The notes under the pieces are model-generated. The model saw only the letters and a list, made by a program, of their open reading frames with translations, had not been told where the DNA came from and made no database searches. Position numbers and translations under genes: made by a program. This document shows positions 26,261 through 40,139 of a stretch of DNA of 64,000 bases, piece after piece; position 1 is the first letter of the stretch, and each line of letters begins with the position of its first letter. The stretch spans positions 62,001 to 126,000 of the forward strand of contig JBEWZL010000221.1 in NCBI GenBank assembly GCA_045837725.1. Reading direction: 5' to 3'. The DNA comes from Vermamoeba vermiformis (lineage: Eukaryota).

Positions 26261-26687
26261 TATTTAAATTAATATGGAGTTGTGGTGTCAGTTTGAAGCA
26301 GATTGATCGAAAAGGAACGACACGAAAGATCGAAGAAAAGTCTGCGTCGTGAGATTTCCTTTGATTTTGAACCAAAATGCATCTTTTTAATCTTAATATC
26401 CACAAAGACCAATCTTAATTTATTCTCAAATCTAGCTCAAGCAGTATGAGGGCAGGATTGTTGTCAGCCAAGATCCTCTTCAGATTTGGCGACTTCTTTT
26501 CCTCGCTATCCAACGACATTCAGAAAATAAACAATATCTCCACTGATGCATAGTTAGAAACTAGTCCTTTAATCGCTTCGCGGTTTGCCGAATTCGACGG
26601 AAAGGGAACCGACCAGATTTCGTTGTTTTTTTGTCAGATCTTTGAACGGTGCACCACAAGAAGAATCTGCACCAATATTTAGTTACT

Positions 26688-29600
26688 ATGGGCGATAAAC
26701 GTAAGTCGGAGCACTTCCAATTTGATTGGGAGAGCTTTGACGACCAGTATGACAAAGTAAGATTCGATCGTGGAAATGAATTCGCATTATTCAGCTCAAT
26801 CATTATCGTCATATTTTTTAAAATAAATATAATAGCGAGTAACGATATTTTCATTGATTAGGCACTCGATGAAGACAAGATCTTTTATCAGTTTTCAAAA
26901 TTTTCGGTTGATTCAGCAAAGAAACATTCGAGAACAGTAGAGCCATTAGTACCAGTAAGTATCATACCTAATATTAGCATTATTTCAAAATTTCAATCAT
27001 ATTTTGTTAATGGATTTTTAATTCCCAATTAAATTGTGAATTAAATATGTTGAGCGTAAAAACCAATAATCTTAACGAGTAAAGCTTTAAATATTAATAA
27101 TTGAATTTTTAGAATGAAGTTTGGGAAGATCCGAATCTGACATACTCGTTGCGAAAATATCTCCAATTTTGTGAGCAAGACTCCAAAATAATTATAGTCG
27201 AGAAGCCTCAAAAAATTCAATCATTAGCGAGCTCTAAAAAATCAAATGATAAAGCCAAGCAAGCTGATAGCGACCCAAATAGCAATTCAAACAAAAGAAA
27301 ATCAAATTCGAGTATCGCTTTGGATCAAGAGCATCCAAACGACGTTTTGCCCCTTATTAAGCTTATCCAAGTATGTTTGATGATATTTATATTCATTATC
27401 GCTAATTTTCTGATTAGGGTTCGATTCGACCGGATGTACATCTGTTACACTACGAATCTGCAGTAGATCCGAACTTAGAAGCCGATGTAGTCGATCAATC
27501 ATATGAAAATGATACTATATACAATGGAGACAACGATTCTAAGCGAAACCAAATATCGTTAAAACATTTCCGCGAAGTTTCGTTATCAGCGATGGCCTTG
27601 CCTTTGCCCATCAGCCCAGCAACCAATAATAATACTATAAGAAAAGCTGATCCATTAATATCACCGACTACACTCGAACGAGCTAAAAATTCATCGACTT
27701 CACCAGAACTTTCCAGATCCGGTAATACCAGCAAAATCGTGATCCAGCGAAGTGTCTCGGTTTCAACGATTGCAAAACCAATGTTGACCTTGCCGAATAT
27801 ATTGCCTAGTCCTAGTACCTCTACAAATAAGGCGAGTACTAATCCTAGTCCGGTCAATTCTACGACTTCAAGTGCGCAGCATGAGAAAACAATGTCGTCC
27901 AGCGGAAAATTAGGCTTCAGAAAAGTGCCTGAATTGCCTTATAAGGTAAATTTGATCGACTACACTGTCTAAATAATATTTTAATTTATTTTATAGAAGC
28001 CAAAAAATCGCCGAAGAGCCAGTACATTAGCGGATGCGCCACCAGGTAATTATTAATATAATTAAATATAGCGTATACTATAATATTAATTCGTATTGTA
28101 GTGTCAGTGGTGATGTCGGATTCATTTGAACAAATCGTCAACACTTCTCAAAGCAGTTCATTTTTTCCGCACTACACGAGCGACAGACAGTTCTTATTGT
28201 TCCGTTGCAAAGGCCTGTCATTTGATTTCGGGCTGGAGCCATTTTATTGCACCGTTGCACTTTATGATAGTACGTTAATATATATCCTTATTATGTATTT
28301 ATTTTAATGTTAATTTTTTTATTAGGAGCGAAACAAGTTAAAATCAGCGAAGATTTCAAGTTTATTTTGAACGGTCAAAAATTCGATTTTTTGCACGAGT
28401 TAACGAGACGATGCAAATGGCTGTCATCAACTCAAAAGAAAAAAGTACGACCGGGGTCAGATCCAAATTTTTCATATTATTAACTTTTCTATTTATAGAA
28501 TCCACATAAGGATCAAGATCGTACATTTAAAGCATTATTTACGCAATCAACTGCAGCATTTGATACCGCCCTCATTGTCCGCATTCATAAGTTGAAAGTG
28601 CACTGCGAGGAGGACTCTTTGGCGTACTATAAACAAGAAGTACGTAATCAATATTAATTAATATCACGTATATTGTATTAACGGTGCCGTTAGCTATCGA
28701 ATTCACGTACTGCCACATTGGTCGAAGAATATGCAAAACATTTTCAGAGCCTCAAACACATCACTTGGCAACCATTCGCTTTTTGCATTATTCCTGTCGC
28801 ACCGTTCATTCATCACAAAGGAGTGTCAGTGCCTATATTTGCAGAGTCTAAATACATGGACGATGAAACGTTATTCAATATCAGCGCGAATGAAGACGCT
28901 TTTCCGAATGTACGTTCGAATTTTTTTTTCCAAATTAGGAAATTATTTTTGATTAATTAATTACTTTATTATAGAAAGCGAAGTTGATTCCCGGCGAGCT
29001 TATATTCTCGTTGAAACCGATTGATTCAAGTGATTTGCCTCATTATCGCGTGGACACTAGCTCACAAATTGTTGACACTCATAGCTCGGCTATCGGCGAG
29101 GTAAATTAATTCTAATAATTAATTACACTAAATTATATTGAATATTTAATAATAATATTCTATATTTAGATTACCCGAGAAATTGAAGATTTTTCGATGT
29201 TGCGACCGCCGCGGTTAGATTACTTCTGCAACTTTTACATTTATCCTGTGGCTACTTTATTCGGCAAAGCAACGAATATTCGCGTGCAAATTGAGATTAA
29301 AGACGATGATTCGTCTCTTGATTCGCCTGGACTTAATGTAAGTGATCCATCACTTATTTGCGAATATTCATTCCATCCGATTTTTTGCTCCGTAATGTCG
29401 ACTCTCCGCGACGCCACGGACTTTCCTTATTAGGAATATACGATGTGGTGGGAAGTCGCGAGATTGTCCGACATTATCATTGTTAATGCAAAAAATATAG
29501 GACCTGTTTGATTACAATTAACTCTCGCTAACATCAATATTTTTCAAAGGTGATTTATTCCGATGAAAACAGCGGATTTTTAGACAGTTACACGACGTTC

Positions 29601-32600
29601 TCATTGCCGAGCAAACTGCCGAAACATTACGACGAGATTAAGTGCAAATTACCTCCGTTGACTGAGAAGCATCATATTCTATTCACATTCAAACAGACTG
29701 ATAAAGAGGCCAAGAAACAAGTAAGGAGCTATTTGCAAAAAGAAAAAATCGAAGGATTATTTCAAATTTATGATATTCTAAGCTTTAAGGGACCGCCGCA
29801 AATTGCTGCAAATATTTAATTATTGTTAAAGCGGGAACTTCCAAATAAGGAAATGTCTTCAATTTTTCCATAATTCTGCAACGCTCTTCTCGAGAACGTC
29901 TGCAACGAAAGTCCTCAAATTTTCTAAAAATAGTTTCAAAATAATGAAATTTCACTTCGTTCAACTCATAGGAATCGCGTTCCTTAATAATATTAGAACG
30001 TATAAAGTATTAATATTTAATTCACAGAATGCGTTGGGCTACGTTGTTGTGCCGTTATTAAGCTTTGGCAAAGTACTTCGAGATCGAGAACACATTTATC
30101 CGATCTTGAAAGAACTGCCGAGCGATTACTTGTCACTGTACGACCCTGATTCAGTGCGCAAGACCAAGTTTGACATTTACAGTCAATTGCAGCTCAAAGA
30201 AAACAAAAAGATGATGTTTTCGTTCAGAACGAAGCTGCTCTCGTCAATTATTCCGCAAGAAGAAAATTTGTGCGACTTTTTCCTCAGCTCAAGTTTTGTA
30301 ACTGATACTTTGCGCGAGGTACGTTGTCACTTCGAATGACTTTTTTTGACCGGTTTTGATCGAGCACGAGGATTATGACACCTGTCAAGATGTCATTTTC
30401 AACCTGCTTCATTCTATTATACATATTGGGACGAATAACCATTTACGACGATCTTCGACTATATATGTGAATAATTATTTGGCTATTTAACCGTTATTTT
30501 GGCTATGACACTTTGACATTTTGAATTAACGTAGTTTTGTGGCAGATCTTGCAAGAAAACAAGTCGTTCAGGATTTCGCTAGGCAAAGTGTCCAGTCTCA
30601 AAGCAGCTGTCGAAGCGTTACCAACGTCACTAACGAAAGAGACTTGCGTCACGTGGTTTCCTCGAATTTTCAACGAACTGTTCCAAATCATGGTCTCGTT
30701 TGAGTCGAACAAAGAAGTCACTGGCCTTCAAAACGATGCTTTTGTTGCGTTGATTGAAATCATCAAAAAGTACGTACAAACTTGAACGGATAATTTATCT
30801 ATTTATATTTGATAATTTGAGGGACGACCGCGATTTAATATTTATCGCTAACATTCAATGCGGAAAATTGGTCGGAATAATCGGCCGGGTCGTCCCTTAA
30901 TTAATATTCCCAAATATAGTAATTTGGATTAAGTGGCCAAAAATGTTTTTCTCAGATATTAATATGTTTTTTTGATATTTGCAGATTAAAAGAACAAACA
31001 GTGGTGAATTCAGAAACGTTGCTGATGAACTACATCAACTTCTTATTCGACACGGACATTATCGATGAAATGACGCAACATCGCGTGCCATTACACGTGT
31101 GCATTGTTGAAGGCTGGCTCTACGCACTCAAGTTCAAAGAGGGCGTGTTTGTGACGTTTACTTCGCACTGGTTCTTGTTCGATTTGTTGGCACGATCGAT
31201 GATACTTTACGCGCACAAACATAATGGCTTAATCAATGGTACGAATAACTATTTTATTCATGACATAAGTCTTAAGATTATGAATTCGGATATCCGTCGT
31301 GAAATTTTGAAAAATATTTGCAAAGTTATTTTTTTTAGTAATAAAATTTCTGACTAACATTTTTTGGGCAGATAAAAAGAAGCAATATTTCACGCGAGAA
31401 TTTTTGCAGCAAGTCAAAGAAGTGTTGCTGATGTACTGTCGCGAGAAATGGTTCCACACGCCACAGTTCCCTGGCATTATTTCGGCTATTGGCTCGTTCT
31501 TCCCGAAACTTTTTAGATTAATTCACCGCGGTACTGCCTTGAAGATGGTAAGAATGCAAAGATTTTTCCTAATTAGGAAATATCACTTAAATTTATCCGT
31601 TCGATTACAGCTCTTCACGTGCGTCAAGAAGATCACGCAGTTCGGCAAAGAATTCGAGAAAAAGAGTCCAGCAGACTTTACAAGAGTTTTAGACTATAAA
31701 TGGCAACTGCTCAAAGGCGCAATTTACAAAAACGAAGATTTTGTGCCGCTCAACATGCCTTCACTTCACGCGGCCTCTGCTAACTTGGATCAATACATTT
31801 CACTGAAAGGGTACGTCGTTCACTGAACGCTAATCACCGCATCAACTAACAAATTTCGAAATTTAGCCCTAAGCATCTTTTGTCGGGTCTTTTGATCAAC
31901 GAACTTTTTGCGACGTTGCCGCTACGGCGCGAAAACAGTGACGTGCAAAATCAAGCGATCAAATTGTTCAAAGCGACAGTACTGTTCGCTGAAAACACGC
32001 GATTGCGAAAGAAGACTAAAGAGGCACTCGCTAACACGTACTTTATGTACATTGTGAAGGTACGAGTTTGACACTTTTGACACTTTGACACTTTGCAGAT
32101 TACTTCGCTGTCTGAAGCTTCAATTGCATTATTTTTGACACTTTGGCACTTGCGTACGCAAATTATTTCGCTTTCTGAAGCTTCAGTCGCATTCCTTGTG
32201 ACACTTTGACACCTGTCATTAACTTTACTGTTACAGTTGAGCGAGTACGTCGAGTACATCAGCAGCAGACAAGCAGAAATGAACGAGTGGCTCTTGTGCT
32301 TCTTCCACATCTTGAAAATGAGCAGCAAACATTTGTTACGCACGTGGTTACGAAGAGAAATTCCTGCAAAGATCTTCTTGTTCTTGCGCTTGATTTCATT
32401 GGCCCTGTTCATTCTTCAAGTAAGCTCTAATGGTACGAAATTTCATTGGAATTAACACTTGCCTAATTAGGAACAACAATGTGCTGAGATCTTAGAAGAA
32501 GTGCGACACGTGTCAGCGTACATCAGTAAGCGTGAAATTTCGTTTCTTAATAACGGCTGGTATTGACGCAAGATAAATTTTAGCAATGACTGTGATGGAG

Positions 32601-35600
32601 GAGCGAAAAGCTGATTTGAGCGACACTTCTAATCCGATGTTATCCGAGTGCATTCGCATCATATTCTTGCTCTTGAATGTGCACCAGACCAAATCTGACA
32701 TTCAATCTTCAACGCTGCTGTCACCACGTGGCGGATTGAGGCGTGAGAACACGGCGAGTTCTTCGCACAAATCACCGCGACTCAACATTAGTCCGCAAGA
32801 AATTGATCTATTGACTTGTTTGTTCAAAACTATACAGTAAGTAGAACAGAGCATTCGTGACACACATTTTGACATTTTGACACTTTGACACCTGCCAACA
32901 ATTTTTTCACGGCAAATACTATCTTATTGCAATACTAGAGTTTTGATATTTATCCTACTTAAAACTTTATAGCGTTGATTGTTATTTACTTTGTGTTTTA
33001 GGTACATTGCAGTGACGTACAAGAGCGCTATTTTCGAGAACTTGGAAGACGATGCCAATTCGTTCTTGCAACTATTCTGTTACGGCTTGTTCTTCTACAT
33101 GAGTGTCGATGATATTGCGATCAATACTAAAGCCACTAATTGTTACGCCGATCTTATTAAGGTACGTACTGCCCTTTGCACTTTGCGACCTTTTTCTGTG
33201 ACCGGGTATTCCGTACTAACTTTGTTCAGATTAATTGCGATGTCAGTTCAGACCACAGCAAGATTAAATTGCACTCAATTATTGCAATGACTAAGCTCGT
33301 CGGTGACCGCAGAATTATGGTACGTATAAGGAATATTAAAACTTTTCGAGTCCTCCCATCCACCGAATTTTTTATTATCGACCAATATTTTCTTCGAATT
33401 TTAAAATAATTATTACGAATATTACAAGCACGTTAAAGTTATGTTATTGCATGTCTGAAAGTACATATTTAACTTTAATTTTTTCGATTTTTGCGGTAAT
33501 TTTTCACGTTCTAACACCAATGGTTAATTTTTCAGTCCACAAAATCGCTGCAAAAAAGTTTGAATTCAACGCTGGAAGTCGTAAACACGAGTGACGAGCA
33601 CTTGAAAGTACTCGAAGAATTGATTCAAAGTCTGACTACTATCGCGCTATACCATAATAAGATTAATAGAGAAGACATTGAATATGATCATAGCAGCTTA
33701 GTCGACTTTTATTATAACATTGCGAATGGTAGTTCTGATTCGCTGGATCTGCGCGTCAGTTGGCTGTTTAGTATTTCAAAACTTCATTTAAACGTAAGTC
33801 TAACACTTCAATAATATTATAAACCATATATATAGATGGAATATAGTTTAAATTTAAATCTACCGTTCTCAGAGTTTTAATGAATTGTTCGGAAATTTTT
33901 TGTAACGGATTTGTAACTTGTTTTTTTTAGAACGGAGATTTCGCCGAAAGCGGCTTATGTAAGGTTCATATGGCGTGCATATTAGGCCGATACCTCGTTG
34001 AACAAGAAGAATTGCATTTGAGCCAATATCAAGCGATCATGTCTTATTTCCCTGCCGCCGTCAAGGAAGAAGATGGATTTTTATCCAAGGGTGCAAATAG
34101 AGTACGTTTAATATAATATTTCCATATTTGGATATTATTTCATTCGGATATAACTAATTTTATTATCAGTTTACCACATCCGATTTTTGGACGCTCGGAA
34201 AATTTTTGCAATTAATGCAAGACGCTGCGGAGAATTTTCAACAGGTATGAAACCATAGTATAATAATATTAGTAGTATTGGCTAATATATCAAATTAGGG
34301 TCAAATGTACGAGTTGTCGGTTAACATTTACAATTCTTTGATTGGCGTGCTTGTTACGCAAAAGAATTACAAGCTCGTCTCGTCATTGGCGCATTTACTC
34401 GAAAAATCATCGGAAAAATTGAGCGCGGGAGAGAATGGAGCTTCAAGACGAATGTTCTTCCAATATTATCGCGTTCAATTTTTCGGCTTGAAATTCGGAG
34501 AATTTAATGGCAATGCTTACATTTACAAAGTCCCTGAATCAGTTAAGCTATTAGAGTTCCAAGAATATCTTAAGGTAATTACCGTAACGGAATTTCCATA
34601 AAAGGAAAAAAGACAAAAAAATTAATTATTTTATTTTTCTTAGAAACAATTCAGTACGTACTCGCTAGAATTCTTATCAAATAATATCTCCGAAGAAGAT
34701 GCAGTCAAATTCAAAGAAACAAGAGCCCAATCAAGAATTAGAATTATTTCTGTCTCGCCTTACGTACCGCCAGAAGAATTGGACAACAAATCTTCCATAT
34801 TCGATCAGCACTATAATATCAGTACGTACTATACTCGTATTTAAGATGATTCTAGTATTAATTTTTACTCTTCAGACAAATTTACGGTGGATCTGCCGTT
34901 CACGAAAAACGGTCCGAGCAACAAATTGTCCGACCAGTACTTGCGTCGTATTATTTACACGACTGAAAAATCATTCCCATTTATTAAGAGCCGCCTCCTA
35001 GTAGTTGATCGTGAAGAGGTAAGTCAATTTGATAATTTCGAAGCGAGATCTAATGCGTCAAACAGACCATCTTGAACCCGATCCAAAACGCCAAACATTT
35101 GATCTTCAAACAAACGCAATGGTTGGAGAACGTCACGCGTGCAGATTCAGTGAACAGAAATTTACTTGAACAGCTCATTCAAGGCTCGATCGCACCGAGT
35201 AAGCCGGATCCAGAAAATTTCCTTTTTTGGCAAAATCTAATTTTCGTTTTTTAGTGGTGCATAGTGGTCCATCGGAAGTGCTTGCGATGTTTTTATCGGA
35301 CTCTAATTTGGCTAATTATGACGTGGAAGATTTGTTCTATTTGAAGCAAGCCATGAAAGAATTCGTCATTGTTTGCGAATATGCAATCAAACTGCACAAA
35401 TCGATGATCTCAAATTCCGAGCAAGAATTAGCTTTGCACAACTTTTTCGAAGAATCTTTGCAAGGATTGAAGCAGAAATTGAATTCAGTGAAAGAATTCT
35501 CGCTGACACGCAAACGAACCAAGTCACGTGTCTTAGATATTCCGCTGGTCACCAACTTATTCAAGACATTAGACACGCCACTTTATTCCGCAGAGCCATC

Positions 35601-35997
35601 TCCGCAAACGACGCACGTGACCGGCGGAAAATTAGCTGACTCATCAGCGAGTGACTATGACATGCCGGAGCTTTCTCCGAGATCACAGTTCTCGATATCG
35701 GGCGAAGGTATAAATAGCCTCAACAACTCGACAACGACTATCAATAGCCCTAATGTCAGCTCAAACAACAATAACAATACGAATGTGGATCTGGCGCAAG
35801 AGGCGACTACACCGCGCTCAGTCGTGTTCGAAGAATTTGACGAAGACGAAAATTCTATTGAGCCCAAGTTAGTCCGTAGAATTAACAAGCGCAAAACACA
35901 GTTGAATAGACGCATCAAAGTGTTTTATAAGACTTATGGCACAGAGAAAGGAAAACTCAATTCGCTGAATTCGAACGATTTTACTAAACGCAACTAA
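26688..35997 (+). CDS. DOCK-family (zizimin/DOCK-C/D-like) Rho-family GEF with DHR1-C2 and DHR2 domains (~25 exons)
   Basis: EPFYCTVALYD...KISEDF, NFYIYPV...NIRVQIE, HYDEIKCKLP...HHILFTF, DLRVSWL, FAESGLC, YYRVQFFG, NPIQNA and LIQGSIAP|MVHSGP (DHR2 nucleotide-sensor region). Confidence 0.9.
30821..30896. repeat. Short intronic inverted-repeat element (possible mini-MITE)
   Basis: GGGACGACC...GGTCGTCCC perfect 9-bp inverted ends, flanked by TTGA (left) and TTAA (right), in an enlarged DOCK intron. Confidence 0.4.
32067..32218 (+). repeat. Intronic tandem duplication (~65 bp unit) with TTTGACAC microrepeats
   Basis: Two copies of ttgacacttt...att(a/t)(c/t)ttcgct(g/t)tctgaagcttca..(t/c)gcatt plus multiple TTTGACAC units. 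Confidence 0.7.
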
Positions 35998-36288
35998 ACT
36001 CTACTTTATTTATTTGTAAATAAATCTCTTGTTACCTTTTAAACGGCGTATTCTTCGGTATCGGTTAATTAGAAACGATGTGAAGGATTTGTTTTTATAA
36101 TCTTTGGATCGTATTTGCTGTCAACAAAATCTTACGTTACTAATACATAATATAACGCCTAAATTAAAAAAAAAAAGACCTCCAGGCTCACCTTTAAATC
36201 AATTTTTGTTATTGTTTAAATGACGCTAGATTTGCCCGAGATCGCGAACTCTTCTTGACAGGTAAACTTTGAATTAAGGAAGGAAGAG

Positions 36289-36524
36289 TGTAACGATCTC
36301 GCTAAGATCGTTAATATCAATAATATCAATAATGAAATTAAATAACGCTATCCAAACTAACGGAGATCAATTCCCGTCGTGTTTTGTGGAATTTTCGTTA
36401 TAAGGAAAATTCCACGCGTAAATATAACATTGTACCAAGTAAATAAACGAAGTTCTCCCACGTCCAGTACAACACCACTCTTTACATATTGTTACTGTGT
36501 TTATTTGTTAGTAGCATCGTTACA
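36289..36524 (+). mobile_element. LTR copy 1 (236 bp) preceded by a polypurine tract; remnant 3' end of an LTR retrotransposon
   Basis: TGTAACGAT...ATCGTTACA termini. Purine run AAGGAAGGAAGAG at 36276-36288 immediately upstream. Highly similar to the reverse complement of 57820-58056. No TSD (flanks AAGAG / GTTTA). Confidence 0.75.
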
Positions 36525-38103
36525 GTTTAAAGCTGAGTAAATAAGGCATAGTCTGCAATATATCGCTTCTTTTGTGCACCAATCCTGAGCCATCGCCGCG
36601 GTACCTAATTGACTGCAGCGAAGTCAAAGTCGTAATATGAACGCCAGTAAAATCTTCAGGCGATTTATAGATACTCAACAGTGTCAAATTCTTGAATGCT
36701 GTCAATAATAATAATCTATTGTCATCGTCCACGTGAGATATATCCAAAATTTGAATATTCGTTAATGGCAAAACATTGATCCAAAAAGATTCGTCATGAA
36801 ATTTCGGATCTAGTCTTAAACTCGTTAAATTCGTCAATCCTGATAAGAACTCGCATTCATAAGTATCATATATGGACAAATCATCGCTATTAAAGAGATC
36901 TATCGTAAGTTCTTGCAGTTTCGTCAGTTTAGCGATAGATCCCAAATGAATGGCTTCGTTATGCTGAGTGACATATAACGATGTCAAGTTTGAAAATAAA
37001 TGAAGGTGTTGCGAATTAATCGTTTGGCTTTGATAATTGACGCAGAGTTCTTCCAAATCTGTCAGTTGAGTCAATTGAGCCAAATCCAAGTCGGTGTCTA
37101 TTGACGTCAATGCCTTCAAATTATGTGGCAGATAGTCATATAATCCATTGATTATCTCAGTAGCACCGGCAGTGCATCCGTCAAAGACAAATCTGGTGAG
37201 TTGACGCAGATGTAGCAAAAAATTGAACTGAATCGGTTCTTCTAATTGATCCATTGACTCAAATTCCAAGACTTGTAATTTTGTTAATTTTTCTATGTCT
37301 TCTGCGTTCGTTGCGTGCCATCGTTTGGATCCAATCTTAAGGTAAGTCAGATTCGTGTTCGTCGCTAAAGACGGAAGAACGTCGCAATAGAAATATGCTG
37401 ACTCTAATGAAGTTGCATATGTCATGTCTATAATGCTAGAATTGCCGTTGTCGTCGACGCTGTAACCAAGATCTTTCAGATTCGTCAATCTGCTGCACAT
37501 CTCCTTGCCGTGCTCTATGTCGGTTCGGATTGCCATACGAAGACATGTTAATTTTTCAGGATATGGAACAAGCGCAAATGGCCAAGTCTTTGATGAATCA
37601 TAGAAGTGCAGAGTATTCAGGTTGGTCATCTGCTTTAAAAAGGGCGCTAGTTCTTCTTCGGGGGCGGTTACGGTCCATTCAGTTAATTTCGGGAAATTAA
37701 TCCATAAATCTCTCGGTAAATAGTCGGCTAAAAATCCACAGACCTCTAGATTCGTCAGAGTCGAAAGTTGCATCCATTGATCTCGGTTAATGTCGTCAAT
37801 ATCAACGTTCATACTATCAGTACGGATTTCGACGAGGTTAGTGAGCCTTGGTAAGTATTCTAATAGGTCCAGGACTGGGCTGTCATCTTTGGATTTCAAA
37901 AGTGTGAGCTTGATCGGCCAGGAATATTTTGATAATCGCTCTGTTATTGCTGGTATATTTTCTTTTCGTGTGAAATAGAGTGTAAAATTATCATATCTAA
38001 TAATATTAAACCATTTTGTGCTGGCAAGTCGCATCTGTCGTTTTGTCTTGTCATCCATGAACTGCGCAATCACAGGCCAGACATCTTGCGGTATTGCGTC
38101 CAT
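36520..38103 (-). CDS. F-box-like/leucine-rich-repeat protein, intronless (~527 aa)
   Basis: MDAIPQDVWPVIAQFMDDKTKRQMRLASTKW (F-box-like) followed by many L..LT.L..L repeats. Its stop codon lies inside the LTR terminus. Confidence 0.85.
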   Translation of the reverse strand: MDAIPQDVWPVIAQFMDDKTKRQMRLASTKWFNIIRYDNFTLYFTRKENIPAITERLSKYSWPIKLTLLKSKDDSPVLDLLEYLPRLTNLVEIRTDSMNVDIDDINRDQWMQLSTLTNLEVCGFLADYLPRDLWINFPKLTEWTVTAPEEELAPFLKQMTNLNTLHFYDSSKTWPFALVPYPEKLTCLRMAIRTDIEHGKEMCSRLTNLKDLGYSVDDNGNSSIIDMTYATSLESAYFYCDVLPSLATNTNLTYLKIGSKRWHATNAEDIEKLTKLQVLEFESMDQLEEPIQFNFLLHLRQLTRFVFDGCTAGATEIINGLYDYLPHNLKALTSIDTDLDLAQLTQLTDLEELCVNYQSQTINSQHLHLFSNLTSLYVTQHNEAIHLGSIAKLTKLQELTIDLFNSDDLSIYDTYECEFLSGLTNLTSLRLDPKFHDESFWINVLPLTNIQILDISHVDDDNRLLLLTAFKNLTLLSIYKSPEDFTGVHITTLTSLQSIRYRGDGSGLVHKRSDILQTMPYLLSFKL

Positions 38104-38548
38104 AATAAATAAAAGCAAGATAAAATCAGACGTAATTTTGCTTTTTACTGCTTCGTGTGCTGAGCGAATGAAAAATATCTTGCCAGCCCACAAAAAAGTT
38201 TAATTAATAACCGATGAAATCTCGTTGTGGCTAATTGTGATACATTATAAGTCGTATTATCGTTAGCAGAACAAACTCAACCGCATGCTTGATCTTGATC
38301 CGTAACTCATTCAAAATTTGATTTGAGTTAGAAACGGTTTACTTGAACAAAACAACCTTTATTTAAGCATTATCCATGTACCAGAAACAGCGCGTATATA
38401 ATTATTCGAAAAGATAAATCAAGCATTTACAGACTAATCAAAAAATTTTGAGCGGCGAGTTTTCAATCCAAAAGTATCTGATTCAATACGAACGAATGGA
38501 CTAATAATAAGCGCAATAAACTAGCATTTATATCAAACATCGATATTC

Positions 38549-40139
38549 CTAATTATCAAAGGCGGACTCAGCTTTCTTCTTAACAACTTTGTCGATCAGC
38601 GCATCCGGTACAAACAGCCTTGCAAAAGTCATGAGATTGCCTATAGGCGACATAATCTAATATACGATACATATATTAATATAGTGCGCTTAATATGCAA
38701 TATCCATCGTATTTTCAAATACTTACCAGCTCACGAGTGCCTAAGAATTCAGCTTCAATAATTTCTCGAGCACAATCATCAGCCATTTGAAATTCAGCAT
38801 AGTTTCTCTTAAGCTTCTTATTAGTATATGCTACATCGTGAATCTCGGTCAAAACGAAGCCAGGGCAAACGAGCGAGATCTGAACGCGATCGCCGATCTC
38901 GAATCTCAAAGAGTCGTAGAAGCCTTATAACCATTCCATCATTAATATATTATATATAATATGTGTATTATTATAACTTACCATGCAAAGCGAATTTAGT
39001 CGGTGAATAGCCAGTTCTATAAGGAACGCCAGATTTACCTTAAAAAATTTTCAGATCCAGCGTACCAGCACTAATAATAAATTAATATTAACGTACCAGC
39101 CAATGAGCTCACGACTACAATTTTAGGGTGTCTTTGCTCTTCGGAACTCTTGAGCAAGTGCGGCAACGCTAAGTAAGTCAAATTGACATTGGCCCAGTAA
39201 TTCAATTCCATCAAATTCTTGAACTCTAATTATAGCAATAAATTAATATGATACATATCAATATCTTGCTATTTAGGGAGCGATAATCTTCAACCGAAAA
39301 AAAATTTGATCTCGATCGGATCGGATCTTGTACCTGTTAATTCTTGAACTTCTTCGAATTTAATAAGCGATGAGCGACCAGCATTAAGGACCTATTAATT
39401 ATTACGAGATCAATATGATGCTATAAATAGAGAATTGGTCAGACGTGACGTACCAAGATGTCAATTCCGCCGAACTTTTCTACGGTCTCTTGAATAGCTT
39501 TTCTAAAATAAAAATATTAATATTATGCCTAGAATATATTTAAATTTTATATAATGCGATCATAAAATGTATTTTCAAAAAGAAAAAAAGATCGGATCAC
39601 GAAAAACACTTACTTGCAATCGTCTTGGTTGCTAATATCAGCGGCGATAACATGCACATCATCGCAACCTTTTTCTTTGCATTTAGCTGCAATATCAAGT
39701 AATTGAGCCTCGCGACGAGCAACAAGAGCAATCCTAATTTTTTTTAGCGGATCAGCCACGGAGCGGAAGGAAAATTGAGAATTGGACGCAAGATATGTAT
39801 ATATATGCTTACTTAGCTCCCTTTTGAGCGTATTGAAGAGCTAATTCTTTGCCAATACCGCTGCTAGCACCTGTAATGAAAATTCTCTTGCCTACAAACA
39901 AAATAATTAATTTTTAATTAATTACACGTTAAAAATATATTAGGGCATATTTAAGATGACTCATATTATTTAAGGGAATAATAAGCGAGTAAAATTGCAA
40001 AATAAATTTGTTAGCAATATTTAGAACATTTACCAGCATAGCTACGAGGGAGATCCAATTGCTCCAGCTTCTTTTTGCGCAGAATGCGCTTGACGTATAT
40101 AAATACGCCTAGTATAATCAAATAAAATAACCAGCTCAT
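38549..40139 (-). CDS. Short-chain dehydrogenase/reductase (11beta-HSD1/DHRS7-like) with N-terminal membrane anchor
   Basis: IFITGASSGIGKELA, LNAG, VVVSSLAG, GYSPTKFALHG (YxxxK), CPGFVLTEI. Confidence 0.9.
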
